Positions 60,155 through 64,000 of a stretch of DNA of 64,000 nt are shown here, one piece after another. Within the stretch, counting starts at the first letter, position 1, and each line of letters begins with the position of its first letter. The notes under the pieces were generated by a model. It saw only the letters and a program-made list of their open reading frames with translations, had not been told where the DNA came from and made no database searches. The stretch covers positions 256,001-320,000 of the forward strand of contig JAUQPB010000001.1 in NCBI GenBank assembly GCA_030550585.1, given 5' to 3'. Source of the stretch: Thermoproteota archaeon (GTDB lineage: Archaea > Thermoproteota > Thermoprotei_A > Sulfolobales > Ignisphaeraceae). A program made the translations under genes and the position numbers.

Positions 60155-61212
60155 AATGTTAACAGTTCTAGGTAGTTCGTCCCAAACAAAGAATCGAATA
60201 CATTTAAAGCAACCTTTACTGCTGACCATACATTTATTTTGTGAAGAGCACTAACCTCAACCACACTACTATATCCCATGTTCTCTACAATTTTTCTACG
60301 ACTTTCCAACAAATTCTTATCAACCTTATCGATTTTGTTGAATACGATAATTATTCTATCCCTCCCAACCAAACTTTCAACAGTTGTCAAGACCGTTAAT
60401 TGTTGTTCGAAGGTGTAATAAGAGTCTGGAGAGGGATCCATAAAGTATAGCACAACAGATTTTAGATTCCTTAACGCTGCAACAGCTCTCTTCTCAATTT
60501 CATTCATCTCATCAAGGGGTCTATCCAAAATGCCTGGCGTGTCCATGATTTGTATAACCAGCTCTCCAAGCTTTATATGACCCATTATAACGTTTTTAGT
60601 TGTGAAGGGATATGGCGATGTAAGCGGCTTTGCCGTTGAGACTGCCTTGACGAATGTTGACTTGCCAACTTGTGGCATACCAGCAACTATTATTAGAGGT
60701 TTGCTGAAGTCTATACAGGGGGTGTTTTTAGCGACATAAGATATGTCTTTCGTTATGCTAACCAGTTTGAGTTTTCTCTTTATGATGGAGACAACCCTGC
60801 CGACAAATTCTTGTGATATTTTCTTTGCGTCTGAACCGCTATTCAAAATCTTTTCACGGTAGCTTTTCCACATGCTAGATATTATTTTTACTGTGAGCGA
60901 GGCTTGTTTTCTCAGCTCATCGTAGTTTCCTTGTGTAGCTATATCAATTAACTCGGCATAGAAAGGCTCGAGGCTCTCCTTTGGTGGTAGCCTAGCTATT
61001 TTGCCAACTGTTGTTGCAACATATTGAAAAACTTTTTCGGACTTTAGCATGTATCGAAATGCTCTTCTCTTTTCCGGAGGCTTCATTGCTATAGATCTTG
61101 GTATGTTGACATCCTCTACATAGATCTCTAGAATCCTCTTTCTAATAGAATCAAGCGTCTGTGGCTCGATGTTTATATAGTCTGATAAACACTTTACAGC
61201 TTCTTCCTCCAT
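60094..61212 (-). CDS. NOG1-family GTP-binding protein
   Basis: GMPQVGKS, YPFTT, DTPGILDRP..EMN.IE, NKID. Confidence 0.9.
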   Translation of the reverse strand: MEEEAVKCLSDYINIEPQTLDSIRKRILEIYVEDVNIPRSIAMKPPEKRRAFRYMLKSEKVFQYVATTVGKIARLPPKESLEPFYAELIDIATQGNYDELRKQASLTVKIISSMWKSYREKILNSGSDAKKISQEFVGRVVSIIKRKLKLVSITKDISYVAKNTPCIDFSKPLIIVAGMPQVGKSTFVKAVSTAKPLTSPYPFTTKNVIMGHIKLGELVIQIMDTPGILDRPLDEMNEIEKRAVAALRNLKSVVLYFMDPSPDSYYTFEQQLTVLTTVESLVGRDRIIIVFNKIDKVDKNLLESRRKIVENMGYSSVVEVSALHKINVWSAVKVALNVFDSLFGTNYLELLTFYSSSTTSIFDNSSFSSVST

Positions 61213-61228
61213 CTCTTCTTAGCACCAT

Positions 61229-61285
61229 GATCAGAGGTGGTGGTCATGTCACTAGATCCTCTCCGCGGAGCTCTCTCATCATCTA
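61229..61285 (-). ncRNA. C/D-box guide sRNA candidate
   Basis: C ATGATGA (61282-61276) and D CTGA (61234-61231) spanning 52 nt; internal boxes degenerate. Confidence 0.5.
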
Positions 61286-61332
61286 CTTCTTTTCTATATA
61301 GATTATTATACTTAGGTTAAAGCTAAATTAGT

Positions 61333-62169
61333 TTATTGCCTGCACTTCGAGAGTATAATGTTTGTTGAGTTAATTGGAGAATAGCCTGCCTCACCAGATA
61401 AATCAACTAAAACCTTGTAGAGACACCACCCCGCTTTGCTAGCTAGTCTTACTAGCTCGTCAACGCTATAAACATGTAGCTCAAAATGGGAATTCCCTAA
61501 GAATTTGAGGTCACTTCCATTTCTTCTATAGAAATCTTGTTTTATGAGAACATTGCCTGTTGCAGGGTTGTATAAAGTCTTTTCAAGTACCACAATATCA
61601 TCGTATTCCAAAGCTCTTTTCATAATTCCACAGAAATATTGGGATAGAGACAAATACTCCTTGTTTATAGCATCAGCAATTATGAGTACAGCTCTATCTG
61701 ATGACACCTCATATGCCATTGAAAGTATTTTAGCATCTGTTTCCTCGTCATAGTATCCCAATACCGAGGACCACACAAATATTATCGATGTGAACGGTTT
61801 GTATTTCTCCACGCATTTGCTAAGCTCCCTAGCATCGCAAAGCAAGAACGTTGCTTTGTCTCTTAAACCCTTTTCGTCAGCTCTTTTACTAGCTATATCA
61901 ATGTATATAGGCGATATGTCGATACCAACTACATCAAAGCCCATTTCAGCAAGCGGGATGGACACCCTACCTGTTCCGCAGCCCACATCAAGTATCCTAC
62001 CCTTGTCAAATCCAAGCATATACAGCTGTTTGGCTATGCCCTTAGCTATTCTCCTACCCCTTAACATCATCGGTCTCGAATCCATTACAAACCTAAATAG
62101 CTCTCCTTTCTCGATGAAATACTTGTATATCATCTCATCACTATTCAATTTCAATGAACTCTGCCCCAT
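61333..62169 (-). CDS. Class I SAM-dependent methyltransferase
   Basis: [21 protein letters not shown]. Confidence 0.9.
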   Translation of the reverse strand: MGQSSLKLNSDEMIYKYFIEKGELFRFVMDSRPMMLRGRRIAKGIAKQLYMLGFDKGRILDVGCGTGRVSIPLAEMGFDVVGIDISPIYIDIASKRADEKGLRDKATFLLCDARELSKCVEKYKPFTSIIFVWSSVLGYYDEETDAKILSMAYEVSSDRAVLIIADAINKEYLSLSQYFCGIMKRALEYDDIVVLEKTLYNPATGNVLIKQDFYRRNGSDLKFLGNSHFELHVYSVDELVRLASKAGWCLYKVLVDLSGEAGYSPINSTNIILSKCRQ

Positions 62170-62281
62170 AGTTAATGCTAGTTTAAAAGCCTAATAAAAA
62201 TATGTATCTCAGCGAGAATTGCAATGAAGCTAAGCTAAATGCCTATTCGCTAGCGCCATAAACTGTTCAAGATGGTGAATC

Positions 62282-64000
62282 ATGGGGAGAAGAATTTTTT
62301 GGCCAAAAACCAAAAAATTTTATTGGTGCCCTAACTGCAACGTACCCCTTCTGGAGCCTGTATGCCCTATATGCAAGTCAAGAACTATAAGGATACCTCT
62401 TTCAGATCCCGGTGATGCGAGACTAGCATTCGACAGAGACTATACACTGCTTCGAAAAGCCTATAGAAATGAGTTCCATACTGAGAAAGGGGTTGACTCT
62501 CTCCTAGGAAACTCTGTTATGCTGTTGAACAAGGCTCCATACTATGATGAGATGAAGGAGGTTTATGTTGATGGTGTTCAAATAGGGCGACTTTATTACG
62601 AGCCTTTTCTCAGAACATGGAGATTCCGACTTTCTAAGGTAGGTGCACTACGGGTTCTAAGCGTAGACCCTGATATAGTTGAGAAAGTTGTTGTGGATAA
62701 GACAAGGTATAGCCCATTAGACGTTATACGTATTGATAAAGATATTGAGAGATACAAACAGGTTTTGTTGATTAGAAGAAACGGCGATGTAGTAGGATTG
62801 GCCTATTCTAAAGGAAAGGGAAAACTAATGGTGCATAGTTGGTGGGGAGAGGGAAAAGTGTTCAACGGCTTTGAAACAAAATCTACTCTAACCGATGTTA
62901 TGAAGGTCAACGAAGAACATCTAAACATAGTTGAAGCCCGATCCCAAAAAGTCATTGCATTAACTGTCGAAAGAATGGGCAAACCTGTTGTGGTTTCTTT
63001 TAGTGGTGGAAAGGATAGTATGGTGGCATTGCATTTAACGGTAAACCTTGGACTTGAACCTGTTGTACTGTTTAACAATACTGGAATCGAACTTCCAGAA
63101 ACATATGAGACCGTGCACAAGGTTGTTGAAGACTTTGGCCTAAAATTAGTTGAGGCATCAGCAGAAAACAGATTTTGGAGTGCTGTGTACAATTTCGGTG
63201 TTCCAGGACGTGACTACAGGTGGTGTTGCAAAATATGTAAGCTTGCACCACTTGCTAGAACAGTCAAAAGCTCTTGGCCTGGTGGAGCCCTAAACATTGT
63301 TGGGCAAAGAGCTTTTGAATCTATTGATAGAGCGAGAAGCCCCATGCTGTGGAGATTGAGATGGGCGCCACAAATGCTCAATCTATCACCTATAAATGAC
63401 TGGTCCCAGTTTGAGGTCTGGCTCTATATCCAAAAACATAAACTCTATGCTAATCCACTCTATTTCATGGGATATGAAAGGATAGGGTGCTTTATGTGTC
63501 CTGCATCAACACTAGCTGAACTAGAGCTTGTTTCTCAAACCCATCCAGATCTCTGGACAAAATGGCTTGAGGTATTAGATTATTGGAGACGGAGACTAGA
63601 TTTGCCAAGAGAGTGGATAGAATATGGGTTATGGAGATGGAATGCACCTGCAAGATACAGAACAATGATGGCTAAGAGACTTGGAATAGAAGACAGAATA
63701 GATAATTGGAAAAAGTCTTTTAATAGCATGACAAATCCAAGGATATCCAACATTAAAAGGGATGGGAACAGAATAGTAATAGACTTTGGCACGCCAATAG
63801 ATAAAAGATTTATTGAATATCAGTACACAGTGATAAATCCAGTAAATGTTTATACCGATAAAGATGGTATAACTATTGAGTGGTTTGATGGAAAGGCCAA
63901 GGTCTATGATAACAAGATTCTATTTGAGTTTAATAATGAGAAAGGTGTAGAAAGACTCGTAGATTTGCTAAAGCTGTTATATAGATGGAACATTTGTGCA
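62282..64000 (+). CDS. PAPS-reductase/FAD-synthetase family protein with an N-terminal zinc finger; 3'-truncated (absent from the ORF track)
   Basis: Continuous frame: WCPNCNVP..CPIC, VSFSGGKDS, TGIELPET, RWCCKICK, GQRAFES, RIGCFMCP. Confidence 0.88.
   Translation, partial: MGRRIFWPKTKKFYWCPNCNVPLLEPVCPICKSRTIRIPLSDPGDARLAFDRDYTLLRKAYRNEFHTEKGVDSLLGNSVMLLNKAPYYDEMKEVYVDGVQIGRLYYEPFLRTWRFRLSKVGALRVLSVDPDIVEKVVVDKTRYSPLDVIRIDKDIERYKQVLLIRRNGDVVGLAYSKGKGKLMVHSWWGEGKVFNGFETKSTLTDVMKVNEEHLNIVEARSQKVIALTVERMGKPVVVSFSGGKDSMVALHLTVNLGLEPVVLFNNTGIELPETYETVHKVVEDFGLKLVEASAENRFWSAVYNFGVPGRDYRWCCKICKLAPLARTVKSSWPGGALNIVGQRAFESIDRARSPMLWRLRWAPQMLNLSPINDWSQFEVWLYIQKHKLYANPLYFMGYERIGCFMCPASTLAELELVSQTHPDLWTKWLEVLDYWRRRLDLPREWIEYGLWRWNAPARYRTMMAKRLGIEDRIDNWKKSFNSMTNPRISNIKRDGNRIVIDFGTPIDKRFIEYQYTVINPVNVYTDKDGITIEWFDGKAKVYDNKILFEFNNEKGVERLVDLLKLLYRWNICA

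Overview
An AT-rich archaeal chromosome segment, most likely from a crenarchaeote (Desulfurococcales, possibly Ignisphaera-like). The evidence is Elf1, NreA with a PIP box, aCPSF2, DTD2, a Sulfolobus-type his operon order and BHB tRNA introns. The first ~17.4 kb is accessory. It holds a 5'-truncated GC-richer surface protein, an isolated 3' half of tRNA-Arg(CCG), three ABC-exporter modules (two led by unrecognised W/Y-rich secreted proteins), a heptad-repeat PD-(D/E)XK protein and toxin-antitoxin debris. From ~17.7 kb on it is mainly housekeeping: nreA, NAC, ilvBNC-cimA-ilvD, leuAB, hisCGABFDEHI, hel308, an Hrq1/SftH-like helicase, fprA, tRNA-Asp, a two-intron tRNA-Pro, elf1, a NOG1 GTPase and a PAPS-reductase-family gene running off the end. 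A TnpB-only element with a small AbrB-like partner splits a DhnA-type aldolase gene. Best leads: (i) secreted-protein/ABC cassettes that look architecturally like bacteriocin export/immunity loci, (ii) a leaderless Ile/Leu/Val-rich uORF coupled to ilvB and a frame-broken cimA start, (iii) the TnpB element, (iv) an unassigned GC-rich RNA and several C/D-box sRNAs. All calls come from reading motifs by eye; no database searches were run.
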